This document shows positions 17,080 through 26,474 of a DNA stretch of 64,000 bases, piece after piece; the stretch's first letter is position 1; every line of letters starts with the position of its first letter. This DNA is from Vulcanimicrobiota bacterium (GTDB taxonomy: Bacteria; Vulcanimicrobiota; Vulcanimicrobiia; Vulcanimicrobiales; Vulcanimicrobiaceae), in assembly GCA_963733295.1 (NCBI GenBank), contig CAVTCS010000003.1, forward strand, positions 1,440,001 to 1,504,000, written 5' to 3'. A program made the translations under genes and the position numbers. The notes under the pieces were generated by a model. It had not been told where the DNA came from. It was given only the letters and a program-made list of their open reading frames with translations, and ran no database searches.

Positions 17080-18243
17080 ATGGAATGGCCTTCCCGTATC
17101 GAGTTGACGATCGCGCCGCCGATCGGCATCGCCGTGTTCGCCGTGGCGCTCGTGGCCGCCGCGATCGCCGGTGCGCTGCACCCGGCACTCCGTCCCCTCG
17201 CTGCGTTCGTGGTCGCCTTCCCATTCCTGTGGATCGTTTTCGCGACGATGCTCTCGTATACGACCGCACGCGCGTTGCGCACGACCCGGGTCGATATTCC
17301 ATCGCGAACGCGCGCGATGAGTACCTTCCCCTTAACGCTCACACTCGCCCACGACGGGCACGCGTTCCCAGCGCTCGGCGTCTTGACGAACGCGAGATTC
17401 TCGATCTCCGGCGACGTGATCGAGTCCGGTCCTTGGGCTGAGATTCCCCTCCTCGAGACCCGGCGCGCCGCGACGTCGCACTGGGACGTAACGGTGAAAC
17501 GGCGCGGGACGCTCGTCGTCGGACCCTTTCGCGCCGCCGTCGAGCTGCCCGGAAGCGCGCTCCGCGCGACCGTGGTCTTCGAGCGCACCTACAGGGTCAC
17601 GGTGCTTCCGGCGATCTATCACCTGCAACCGTTCGTCGACGCGCTGCTCGCCGGCCGGCACGTCGCCATCGGACGATCCCAGACGCTTCCCGCCGCGATC
17701 GAAGAGTACGTCGGGGCACGCGAATACCGTCCCGGCGACTCACCGAAGCTGATCCATCGCGTCCTGTCGCTGCGCACGCCCGATCCGGACCAGTTCTACG
17801 TGCGGGAGTTCCAAGACCCGAGCCGCGACGATCTCAGCCTCGTGCTCGACACGGCACCGCCGCTCGACGGTGACGCCACGCTTCACCGCTATCGCTTGGA
17901 GAAAGCCATCTGCTTCGTCTCTGCGTTGAGCCGGACGTTTGCGGCGCGGCGACTCACGGTGCGATTTGTTTATCAGCGCGGAGTGCACGACGTCGTGGCG
18001 CTGCGTTTGCGGCCGTTCGACGCGGACCTCGATCGCCTCGATAAAGAGCTCGCGCAACTCGACCTCGCGGGCGACCGCGCGACGCTCGGGCGAGTTCTGC
18101 TCGGCGAGGTGCGCCGCCATGGCGCGGCCGTCATCTTCGTCAGCCTGCGCCCGCGCGAACAAGTCGAGCAACAGCGCCTTCCCTTGGTGACGCTAACGCC
18201 GGGCCACATTCCCGTCTTCACCAGCGAGGTCGTGTCGTTGTGA
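17080..18243 (+). CDS. DUF58 domain protein
   Basis: EYVGAREYRPGDSPKLIH, VREFQ, LVLD and LEKAI; N-terminal TM helices; follows moxR. Confidence 0.85.
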   Translation: MEWPSRIELTIAPPIGIAVFAVALVAAAIAGALHPALRPLAAFVVAFPFLWIVFATMLSYTTARALRTTRVDIPSRTRAMSTFPLTLTLAHDGHAFPALGVLTNARFSISGDVIESGPWAEIPLLETRRAATSHWDVTVKRRGTLVVGPFRAAVELPGSALRATVVFERTYRVTVLPAIYHLQPFVDALLAGRHVAIGRSQTLPAAIEEYVGAREYRPGDSPKLIHRVLSLRTPDPDQFYVREFQDPSRDDLSLVLDTAPPLDGDATLHRYRLEKAICFVSALSRTFAARRLTVRFVYQRGVHDVVALRLRPFDADLDRLDKELAQLDLAGDRATLGRVLLGEVRRHGAAVIFVSLRPREQVEQQRLPLVTLTPGHIPVFTSEVVSL

Positions 18244-19085
18244 GAGACTGGCTCAGGCGTGTCGATCCAGCGTTCTACCACAAAGAGCCGTACCTGCTCC
18301 GGACCCAGGCGCAGATCGCCAGGTATACGGAGGAAGCTCAAGCCGAGGTACGGTTGAGCGTGCTAACCGCCGATCGCCTGTTGCACGCCGCGACGACGAT
18401 CGTCGCGTTGGCCGCGTACGTGGCAGCGACCGCTGGCGGCGCGCTCGACCCACACCGCGATTGGCTGACGTTGTGGGCTTTCGCTGCTCTCGCAGTCGCC
18501 GCGGCGCGCGCGCTTCCGTGGTCGCCGCGCCCCGGAAACACGATTGCGCTGCGAGACGCGCTCGTCGGCAGCGCGCTGATCGCGATACCGGCGCTTTGGA
18601 CTCGTCCCGACCCCATCGTCCTCGCCCTTGCGTTGCTCACCGGAGCCACGCTCTACGCCGCCCGCGGGCCCGGGCGCATCGCACTGCTCGCGTTGGCCGT
18701 CGGCGTGCTTTTCGGCGTGCGCGCGCATCCGCTCTTCGCCGCCCCGATGGCAGCCGTCCTCGCCGTGGGCTTGGGTGCACTCGCGGTCAGAGAAAGCGGA
18801 CGCGTTTGGCAGCGCCGTCCGCAGGTGCTGACATGGGCCGCGTTCGCAACGCTGCTCATCGTGTGTGCCTACACCTTCGCTTTCAATGCTCCGGCCATCG
18901 CGCCGCACGTTCCCGTCGAAATCGCCGCGATCGCCGTCGCATACCTCGGCGTTTGCATCATTGCGGGCCGAATCCGCCGAGCCGAACTTATCGCGCGCCC
19001 AGGCGGGCTCTTGTCGATCCCGCAGAGTATCGTCCCGCTGCTCGATCGTTCGCACGACCATGCCATCATCTGCCGGCTTGAATAA
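18240..19085 (+). CDS. Hypothetical multi-pass membrane protein
   Basis: Hydrophobic ORF translationally coupled to DUF58. Confidence 0.6.
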   Translation: MRDWLRRVDPAFYHKEPYLLRTQAQIARYTEEAQAEVRLSVLTADRLLHAATTIVALAAYVAATAGGALDPHRDWLTLWAFAALAVAAARALPWSPRPGNTIALRDALVGSALIAIPALWTRPDPIVLALALLTGATLYAARGPGRIALLALAVGVLFGVRAHPLFAAPMAAVLAVGLGALAVRESGRVWQRRPQVLTWAAFATLLIVCAYTFAFNAPAIAPHVPVEIAAIAVAYLGVCIIAGRIRRAELIARPGGLLSIPQSIVPLLDRSHDHAIICRLE

Positions 19086-19437
19086 TCCGCAGCTGCGGTC
19101 GCTGCTGTGGCTCGCCGCGGTCCCGCTCGTGACGCTGGCGGCATCGCTCTTGTTGGCTTACGCGGTTACGCTGGTGCCGCACTTTCATTGGATCCGCATC
19201 GGCGTGCACCGCGCGGCTCCGCAAACAACGATCGCAGCCCCGGCGGCGCGGCCGTTTCCAGTCTCGACGGCCGGGAACGACGCCGGCGCGGCGAGCGCCG
19301 CCGCGAGCGAGCCGGCATCATTGTGGGCGCTGCTCGCGCCGTGGGCGATCGCCGTCGACGCGGTCGCGCTGCTGGGATTCGCGGCGGTTCTCATGGTGCG
19401 CTACAGTTCGCGTCGCGGTCGCGGAGCGCGAACGTGA
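19060..19437 (+). CDS. Hypothetical two-TM membrane protein
   Basis: Two hydrophobic helices separated by an Ala/Pro linker; coupled to both neighbours. Confidence 0.5.
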   Translation: MPSSAGLNNPQLRSLLWLAAVPLVTLAASLLLAYAVTLVPHFHWIRIGVHRAAPQTTIAAPAARPFPVSTAGNDAGAASAAASEPASLWALLAPWAIAVDAVALLGFAAVLMVRYSSRRGRGART

Positions 19438-19790
19438 GCGCGACGACGGAAGCGCTTTGGTTACGCGCACTCAACGCCTTGGGCGCGCGAGGATTGCTTC
19501 CCGGGAACAAGTCGCGCTTGACCTCGCGCGAACTCGGCGCCGAGGTCGCGCGGCGCGGCGACGATCGACTGGCCCGGCTGGTCGACGGCTGGTACTACCC
19601 GGCGTCCTACGGAGGCGTGCCGGGGATGCTTTCCGACGAGGAGGCAGCTCGCCTCGTTGCGGAACTCGAAGAGAACATCACGCCGATCGAGTTCGTGCCG
19701 ACGGAGATGCTGCAGCCGGGGCCGGAACATCGGCCGTCGCGCCGCATACCAGGCTGCGAGCTTTGCGGGTTTCCGGTGGGTTTGCAATAG
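19434..19790 (+). CDS. DUF4129-like small protein
   Basis: ALGARGLL...LTSRELGAEV...LARLVDGWYYPASYGG resembles the DUF4129 T..E...Y...YG pattern. GTG overlaps the upstream stop. Ends in a CxxC. Confidence 0.55.
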   Translation: MSATTEALWLRALNALGARGLLPGNKSRLTSRELGAEVARRGDDRLARLVDGWYYPASYGGVPGMLSDEEAARLVAELEENITPIEFVPTEMLQPGPEHRPSRRIPGCELCGFPVGLQ

Positions 19791-19792
19791 CT

Positions 19793-19924
19793 ATGCCGCC
19801 GCCTGTCCGAATCTGGAAGTCGCGACCTGCGCTGTGGATCGCGCTCACCCTCTTTGCGATCCTATGCGGCGTCCTAGGCCTCGTCGCGTACCTGTTCCAA
19901 ACTATCGGGGCCGCGCTCAAGTAG
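19793..19924 (+). CDS. Small single-TM protein (43 aa)
   Basis: ATG 2 nt after the previous stop; MPPPVRIWKSRPALWIALTLFAILCGVLGLVAYLFQTIGAALK. Confidence 0.4.
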   Translation: MPPPVRIWKSRPALWIALTLFAILCGVLGLVAYLFQTIGAALK

Positions 19925-20011
19925 TTTCTCGCGTGGACCTGCTCACTTTACGTTCAACAGGTTTCGGCAAACGTCAACGTAGTGCACCGCACCGTCAGCG
20001 ATTGCTCAGAA

Positions 20012-20050
20012 ACAAAAGAAAACGCCCAATCCTTGGTGGACGGGCGTTTT
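20012..20050 (-). terminator. Putative intrinsic terminator downstream of tRNA-Phe
   Basis: AAAACGCCC...GGGCGTTTT inverted repeat, followed by a T-rich run on the minus strand. Confidence 0.55.
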
Positions 20051-20058
20051 GAATGATG

Positions 20059-20131
20059 TGCCGAGAGCCAGAATCGAACTGGCGACACCAGGTTTTTCAG
20101 ACCTGTGCTCTACCGACTGAGCTATCTCGGC
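20059..20131 (-). tRNA. tRNA-Phe (GAA), CCA not encoded
   Basis: GCCGAGATAGCTCAGTCGGTAGAGCACAGGTCT-GAA-AAACCTGGTGTCGCCAGTTCGATTCTGGCTCTCGGCA folds as a cloverleaf. Confidence 0.95.
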
Positions 20132-20260
20132 GCAGTTAGAAGTTTATCTTGTTTTCGCTGCCTGCTCGGGCCTCCGTCGTCACCCGTGCGATCCGCGTGG
20201 CAAGTCGGACGCGAACGTCGCTTTCGGTGGGCTTAGATGTTCCGCCTTTCCCGCTAACGA

Positions 20261-21913
20261 TCACCAGCCGGGCGGCAAGATCCAGAGGTTGCCGGCGCAC
20301 TCAAGGTTCGCATTGACGCCGACACAGTGGACAGCGGCTCCCTCAATTGGAGCAGCCTGAATGGCGCGCTTCAGCTCTTGGGACGGTCCAAAAAGAAAGA
20401 CGTTTCGGAATCGTTCGGCGCTTACGAGGTCGTTTCGCGTAAAACCAGGATCCTCGGCGTCGCAAAGATAGCACCTTGGGCGAAGCATGACGGCGGTGTT
20501 CTCTCCAAGGTAGTAGCTTAAGACCGCGCTGTGGACGATTCGATTGTCGCTGATGATTAAGGCGTGCGGAGACCGGGAGATCACACGGGCGACCGTCTTC
20601 GACTCGTCGTTCAGCTTGTTCCACCACGTTTCGGCGCGCGCGCTCAGGGCTAGGGAAACGATGCAGCTGAAAAATATGAGGGTCGCGGCGAGGTTCCAAA
20701 AAGCGCGTCGAGAGGCTGACCGGGCCGCATCTAATTCTGAGGCAAGACAGCCGGCCACGCTGAGCACGATTGCGACGTACAACGGCATATAGTAACGTGG
20801 CACTGACGTACGATCGGGTAGCGTTAGGTTGAGCAGCAGTATCGGGACCGAGGTGGAAAACATAAGAGCGAGAACGAACTTCCAGGAACGGCTGCACGTC
20901 AGCTTACAGATGCAGTACAACGAGTACGCAATCAGACCGAGAACGGCGACGGCTCCTGCCACTTGTAAACCCGCCGTCCTAAGCGGGTCGAGGTCGATGA
21001 AAGCCAGTCGCAGTTGTCCCAGAAACCTCCTCAGCGCGTGAAACGCGGACGTTCTCTCGCTTAGGACCTGCATTCCAGTCTTGGCGGACGGAGTCAATGC
21101 GGCCCCAATCTGTTGCTGATGCTGGTACAAGACGTACAACCAGGGACTGAACAGAACGAGCGCCGTGAAAGCGCTCGCGATAAAGGCGGCCAAGGATCTC
21201 GTCGGACGAAAACCTGTAACCGCGAGAACATAGATCCCATGACCGAGAGCCACCAGCAACGTCAACGGATACGTATACAAGCCGACGGTAAAGCTGAGGG
21301 CGTACAACGCCCACGCGTTCACGCTTTCCAAGCTCATGGCACGAAGGAGGGATGCGGACATCCAGACGGTTGCCGCCGCCCAAAGAATATACTCGCGATT
21401 CTCCTGTGAATACAACACGAATATCGGTGAGACCGCGATCAAGCTCGTGCCGAGCCAGGCGCTTCGCTGCGACCGAAAAAGCTCTTTGCAAAGCCAATAC
21501 ATCAGAGGTAGCATCAGTAGACCTATCGCTACCGAGAGGCTCCGCATCGCAGCGATCGACGTGCCGGCATACTTCGTCCAGAAGTGTGCGGCGACGTAGT
21601 AGAGCGGGGGATGCTGGGGGTCCTCGCTTGCGAGCGAGGCGATTGTCTCTGTGACCGGCCGGCGTTGCTCGGCTGTAGGCCTGACAAGTTTCGAAAGATC
21701 CGACATGGTCGCCAAGCCGGCGGCGCGTCGTACGAGCTCCCCTTCGGTCAATCCAACGATTCGAAGCGAGCTATAGACCTCATCAGCCCAGTAGACCTTA
21801 TAGTCGAGGTGATAAAGTCGAAACCAAACCCCGATCAGGACTACGACAGTCAAACCCCAAGCCGGCCAGGATCGGGCTGAGAGTCTCGCTTGCTCGCTTA
21901 ATCGACGTGCCAT
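20261..21913 (-). CDS. Membrane glycosyltransferase, GT39/PMT_2 family, paralogue 2
   Basis: YWADE, EDPQHPPLYY, YSQENREYILW and TWWNK. Start set at ATG 21913 (MARRLSEQ). Confidence 0.85.
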   Translation of the reverse strand: MARRLSEQARLSARSWPAWGLTVVVLIGVWFRLYHLDYKVYWADEVYSSLRIVGLTEGELVRRAAGLATMSDLSKLVRPTAEQRRPVTETIASLASEDPQHPPLYYVAAHFWTKYAGTSIAAMRSLSVAIGLLMLPLMYWLCKELFRSQRSAWLGTSLIAVSPIFVLYSQENREYILWAAATVWMSASLLRAMSLESVNAWALYALSFTVGLYTYPLTLLVALGHGIYVLAVTGFRPTRSLAAFIASAFTALVLFSPWLYVLYQHQQQIGAALTPSAKTGMQVLSERTSAFHALRRFLGQLRLAFIDLDPLRTAGLQVAGAVAVLGLIAYSLYCICKLTCSRSWKFVLALMFSTSVPILLLNLTLPDRTSVPRYYMPLYVAIVLSVAGCLASELDAARSASRRAFWNLAATLIFFSCIVSLALSARAETWWNKLNDESKTVARVISRSPHALIISDNRIVHSAVLSYYLGENTAVMLRPRCYLCDAEDPGFTRNDLVSAERFRNVFLFGPSQELKRAIQAAPIEGAAVHCVGVNANLECAGNLWILPPGW

Positions 21914-22206
21914 AGACCCGACCGAAGGGGTTTCCCCTTTCCAAGCACCCATACCCAGGCGCTCACCGGGACGAGAGAATGTTCGCGTCGGCGAGACCGA
22001 CTCGGAGACCGCGGTGCGCGCTTCCATAGCACGACCGACGTACCGCGTGCTTACACGGCATTGCCACCACGAAAAATTCGACGAATTGCAGGCCGGATTC
22101 GCTCCCGCGCATGACATAATCCGGGCTCGGTAGAACCATCGAGCATGGTTGCCGCAAGACCAAGATCTGCGTGCTTTCGGCTTACCGGGAGTAAACCGGG
22201 CTGACC

Positions 22207-22935
22207 TTGCGCACTCGATTGCGCGAACGATGCGAGAGCATTGTACGACCAATAATCCGGCCGATCTCTCGCGCTCTCAGCGATAAGTATTACTTCCGCA
22301 TTGGCGTCCAAGAGCGGCATTGGCGACAGGCCTTCTTCTACAATGCGTTCCGAGCACTCTCGTTCAACCACATCGGTGGCGACTACGCTGAGTTCGGATG
22401 CCACGGTGGAAGCACGTTCTCGCTCGCATATCAGGAGATGCGAAGACACGATCTCCCGGGCATGATGTGGGCCTTCGATTCGTTCCAAGGCCTTCCGGCG
22501 CTGAAGGATGCCAAGGACAGTCACCCGTTTTGGGTCGAGGGGAGACTGGCGACCTCGGTCGATCAATTCGCGGCAATCTGCAAGGCGAGCAAGATTCCGC
22601 GCGAGCGTTATCGCATCGTTCCCGGTTTCTACGAGCAGTCGCTTCCGGCCATCGGAGCGACCGGAGAACCTCACGACGTCGCTCTCGCCTATATCGACTG
22701 CGATTTATACTCGAGCACGAAGGCTGTCCTTGATTTCTTGCGACCCAGACTCAAGCACGGTATGATTCTCGGATTCGACGATTACTTCTGCTATTCGTCG
22801 GAGCAACTTGCGGGCGAGCGTCGAGCATTGCTGGAGTCGTTTCCTGCAGACGGGCGATGGTTTTTGCTGCCATACATGCAGTTCGGGTGGGCGGGGCTGT
22901 CGTTTGTCGTTGAAGATCGACAGAAGGCGCTTTGA
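22207..22935 (+). CDS. TylF/MycF (macrocin O-methyltransferase) family methyltransferase
   Basis: GDYAEFGCHGGST, WAFDSFQGLP, PGFYEQSL, AYIDCDLYSST and FDDY. Confidence 0.88.
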   Translation: MRTRLRERCESIVRPIIRPISRALSDKYYFRIGVQERHWRQAFFYNAFRALSFNHIGGDYAEFGCHGGSTFSLAYQEMRRHDLPGMMWAFDSFQGLPALKDAKDSHPFWVEGRLATSVDQFAAICKASKIPRERYRIVPGFYEQSLPAIGATGEPHDVALAYIDCDLYSSTKAVLDFLRPRLKHGMILGFDDYFCYSSEQLAGERRALLESFPADGRWFLLPYMQFGWAGLSFVVEDRQKAL

Positions 22936-23112
22936 TAAGCAGCGCGCCGCAAGGCAAAGGATAGGCGCCGGAAAGAGATCTCGACCCCGTCCGGTCTGTC
23001 AAGTTTGACGAGTCGGCGACGCTTCAAATTAGTGACTGCCTCGCAAAAGGTCGCGGCGAGGGTAGCGGGATAGTACGCTATCTCGCTTACCGAGTCACCG
23101 AGGGAGCTCGAA

Positions 23113-24321
23113 TTGGCCAACATCGCCGATGTAGCGATCATCGGCGCCGGACCCTACGGACTCTCGATTGCAGCGTTCTTACGCGAGCGCGGCCTCGACG
23201 TTCGAATCTTCGGGCGACCGATGGACACGTGGCGCAAGCATATGCCCAAAGGCATGTGCCTGAAATCCGAAGGCTTCGCGTCGGGAATCTACGATCCGGA
23301 AGGAGCGTTCACGCTCGCAAAGTTCTGTCGCGACGCCGGTGTCGACTATGCCGACGTCGGTATTCCCGTGGCGCTCGAGACGTTCTGCGCGTACGGCTTG
23401 GCCTTTCAGCAGACGTTCTTGCCCGATCTCGACCAACGTGAAGTCTTTCGCGTCGCGGGCTCGCCCGGCGCATTCGAACTCCAGCTCGACGACGGGGAGA
23501 GCGTCCGGGCACGTCGCGTTATCGTAGCGGTCGGCATCAGTCACTACGAACATCTGCCGCCGGAGCTGTCCGCGTTGCCGCCCGACCTCGTCACGCACAG
23601 TTCGCGCAATCACGAGTACGCCCACCTGAAGGGCAAGAGCGTTGCGGTCATCGGCGCGGGCGCTTCCGCGGTCGACGTATCGGTGGCGCTGCATGAAGCG
23701 GGCGCATTTCCGCAACTCGTCGCACGAACTCAACGGCTGGCCTTTCACGAGCCTCCGCAAGTCGCGCGCTCGTTCGTAAGCCGCCTTCGTTATCCGCGTT
23801 CCGGTCTCGGTTGTGGGCTGAAGTCACGCTTCTTCACCGATTTGCCGGATATCTTCTTCATGTTTCCGCGCCGATTCCGCGCGCGCGCCGTGCGAACGCA
23901 GCTCGGGCCCGCGCCTTGCTGGTTTACCAAAGACAAGTTCGTGCCGAACGTTCCGACGACTCTGGCGGTGTCGATCGAGCGCTGCGAGGTGCGCGACGGG
24001 CGCGTAGCGCTGCACCTCCGCGCCAAGGACGGTCTGCGGCGCGAAGTCCTGGTCGACCACGCGATCGCGGCCACCGGATACCGCGTCGATCTCGGACGCC
24101 TCGGTTTCCTTGGCGACGAGTTGCGGTCTTCGCTTCGGGTTTTTGCAGACGCACCGCTTTTGACGCGGAACTTCGAATCTTCGGTTCCCGGTTTGTTCTT
24201 CGTTGGGTTATCTGCGGCGAACAGTTTCGGTCCGCTGCTGCGTTTCGCGTACGGAGCGAGGTTCGCGGCAGGCCGGCTCCGCTCGTACCTAGCGACGAAC
24301 GGCCGTCGTGCAAGTAGCTGA
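23113..24321 (+). CDS. FAD/NAD(P)-dependent oxidoreductase (flavin monooxygenase-like)
   Basis: IIGAGPYGLS, MPKGMCLKSEGFAS, VIGAGASA, ATGYRVD and FESSVPGLFFVG. Confidence 0.88.
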   Translation: MANIADVAIIGAGPYGLSIAAFLRERGLDVRIFGRPMDTWRKHMPKGMCLKSEGFASGIYDPEGAFTLAKFCRDAGVDYADVGIPVALETFCAYGLAFQQTFLPDLDQREVFRVAGSPGAFELQLDDGESVRARRVIVAVGISHYEHLPPELSALPPDLVTHSSRNHEYAHLKGKSVAVIGAGASAVDVSVALHEAGAFPQLVARTQRLAFHEPPQVARSFVSRLRYPRSGLGCGLKSRFFTDLPDIFFMFPRRFRARAVRTQLGPAPCWFTKDKFVPNVPTTLAVSIERCEVRDGRVALHLRAKDGLRREVLVDHAIAATGYRVDLGRLGFLGDELRSSLRVFADAPLLTRNFESSVPGLFFVGLSAANSFGPLLRFAYGARFAAGRLRSYLATNGRRASS

Positions 24322-25522
24322 GCGTTCGCCCGAGATGGGTTCGGAGCGCGCCTCCAAGCGGGACCTTACGTGTCTGGTCGCCACCTGCGAGTCGTGGTGG
24401 TCGACCGCGATGCTGCCGTCCCTTCTCGTACAGCAGTTCGCAGTCACAGGTCTTTCGCCCGGCGTTCTGAACCTGAGCCGTCACGTCCGGCACAAGCTGA
24501 CGTGCTCGCGCGACCCGCGCGCCGCTGCGCTTGCGATGCGCGAACTCATTGCGCGGCAACGTTTCGATTGGATCGTCATCGGCGACGACGCACTCTTTCG
24601 CGCCCTGCTGGAAAGCGGTGAACGTGAGTCGCTGCGTGGGTGGTTTCCCGTCGATCCGTTCCGCGAAGATCTCATCGCTCTGGTCAGCTCGAAGCACGGG
24701 TTCGCGCAGCGGGCCCCGGAGCTCGGCGTACCCGTGCCGGAAAGCTGCCTCGCCACGACCTTGAGTGCTGCTCTCCAGGCTGCCGCGAACTTCGGCTTCC
24801 CGGTCGTCGTAAAAGGGCCCCACGGCTTTGCCGGCTCGGAGGTTCGCATCGCGGAAAACGAACCGGCTCTTCTTCGTACGTGCCAGACGCTGCTCGAGCG
24901 CTACGGTAAGGTGCTTCTGCAGCGCTTCGTGCGCGGCTCGAACGCAAGCGCAGCGATCCTCTACGAGCGCGGCAAGCCGCTTGCGTACAAGGCGTATTTT
25001 ACCGAGTGCGCGTTCCCGCACGCGCACTCCGCGGCGACGGTCCATCGCACGTTGCGGCATAGCTCGCTCGAACCGATCGTCCGCGCCATCGGTGCTGCGA
25101 CCGGCTTCCACGGAATGGCAGGCATCGATTTCGTCGTCGAGGATCGGACCGGACGCCTCTTCGCGATCGAAATCAATCCGCGACCCACGAGTGCTTTCTC
25201 GGGACTGCGGGCCGATCGCACGTTTTTCGGTCATGCTATCGCGCGCTTTTTGGAAGGCGGCGACGCGCCGACGGAACGATACGAAGCCCGAGACGGCGCG
25301 CAAGCGTACTTCCCGGACTATGCCTTCTATTTCTTGAATCGCGCGAACAAAGTCGAGCCCGGCTCGTACCGGCGGCTTCTGTCGTGTCTCGCGGAGTCGC
25401 CTGGGTCGGAAGTCCCGATTGCAACCTGGGCGATCGCCCGCTATGCATACGATCGCGCTACGCACCACGTTCCGGGCCTGCGCGTGTGGTTCGAGTCTCG
25501 ACGCCGCGCGCGGCGTCCTTAG
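24308..25522 (+). CDS. ATP-grasp domain protein
   Basis: GFPVVVKG, LLQRFVRG and GMAGIDF...AIEINPR. Confidence 0.82.
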   Translation: MQVAERSPEMGSERASKRDLTCLVATCESWWSTAMLPSLLVQQFAVTGLSPGVLNLSRHVRHKLTCSRDPRAAALAMRELIARQRFDWIVIGDDALFRALLESGERESLRGWFPVDPFREDLIALVSSKHGFAQRAPELGVPVPESCLATTLSAALQAAANFGFPVVVKGPHGFAGSEVRIAENEPALLRTCQTLLERYGKVLLQRFVRGSNASAAILYERGKPLAYKAYFTECAFPHAHSAATVHRTLRHSSLEPIVRAIGAATGFHGMAGIDFVVEDRTGRLFAIEINPRPTSAFSGLRADRTFFGHAIARFLEGGDAPTERYEARDGAQAYFPDYAFYFLNRANKVEPGSYRRLLSCLAESPGSEVPIATWAIARYAYDRATHHVPGLRVWFESRRRARRP

Positions 25523-26466
25523 AGACTCATTCCGACCGCTTGACTCACGGGGCCGACGGTTTGGGCGGGCACCGCGTTACCGCTGGCACCACTCGAGTAG
25601 ACGACGACATATCCGGGGAAGCCGCTCGCCCCGAAGTTGCTGACGTAGATCCGACCGTTCGAGTCGACCGCGATGAACTCGGGGGTCTGCAGACCTGTGA
25701 GATTGCCGCTGATGGTTCGGGCCGGCGGCGCGTTCGACATCGCTCCGGGGCTGTAGACCGTGATGCTGTTACCGAGATCGTTGACGACGTAGAGGTTACC
25801 CGCGCTGTCAAAGGCGATTCCCACCGGACCGTTGAGACCCGTTGCCGCTCCGGAGATCGTGCGCAGCGGCGCGACGTTCCCCATCGCGCCCGCCGCGAAA
25901 ACCGAGATGGAGTTCCCGGCGAAATTCGCGATATAGATCTTTCCGGTCGAATCGACTGCCACGCCATCAGGGGTGCTGAGGCCGGTGGCCGAACCGCCGA
26001 TCGTGAATGCCGGAGCGATGTTGCCGTTCGCCGGCAAAGTGAATCCGGTCAGTGCGTTACCGACTTGATTCGTAACGAGCAGGTTGCCCGAGCTGATGCA
26101 GAGACCGAACGGCGAGTTCAGCTGCGTGCTGTTCCCGGAGACTTGAAAGACCGGCGAAACGGTGCCGCCCACGTTCGGCGGAAAGACGAGCAACTGGTTC
26201 TGGTTCGTGTTCGCGACATAGATTTTGCCCGAGCTGTCGCGCACGATTCCGGTTGCGCTTTGCAGCTGCGTCCCGCTTCCGGAGATCTGTAAGGGAGGCG
26301 TCGGGTTTCCGTTGGCAGTCGTGGGGTAGCCGAGGATGAAGAGACCCATCTGCGTGATGTAGAAGCGCGGGCCGCTGTTTGGCGGCATGTACGTCGAGGG
26401 TTGGCTGCTGCATGCAGCGAGCGCAACGAAACCAAGAGCGACGGTCAGAAAACGCAACGAGCCCAT
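25519..26466 (-). CDS. NHL-repeat beta-propeller lipoprotein
   Basis: Lipobox LAAC; repeated GNxxP..tIsG..TgL..P.giavDs.G.iYvaN units; AGGAGG RBS. Confidence 0.82.
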   Translation of the reverse strand: MGSLRFLTVALGFVALAACSSQPSTYMPPNSGPRFYITQMGLFILGYPTTANGNPTPPLQISGSGTQLQSATGIVRDSSGKIYVANTNQNQLLVFPPNVGGTVSPVFQVSGNSTQLNSPFGLCISSGNLLVTNQVGNALTGFTLPANGNIAPAFTIGGSATGLSTPDGVAVDSTGKIYIANFAGNSISVFAAGAMGNVAPLRTISGAATGLNGPVGIAFDSAGNLYVVNDLGNSITVYSPGAMSNAPPARTISGNLTGLQTPEFIAVDSNGRIYVSNFGASGFPGYVVVYSSGASGNAVPAQTVGPVSQAVGMSL

Positions 26467-26474
26467 AGGTCCTC

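Noticed and set aside
15710..17302. 530-aa minus-strand ORF
   Set aside because: Antisense shadow of moxR and its neighbours in GC-rich DNA, with no motifs.
15076..20131. tRNA-Phe-anchored genomic island
   Set aside because: I found no integrase and no direct repeat of the tRNA 3' end by eye.
23924..25468. 514-aa minus-strand ORF
   Set aside because: Antisense shadow of the oxidoreductase and ATP-grasp genes.
25519..26466. Repetitive DNA resembling an array
   Set aside because: The periodicity is explained by protein-level NHL propeller repeats. There are no identical repeats with unique spacers, so it is not CRISPR.
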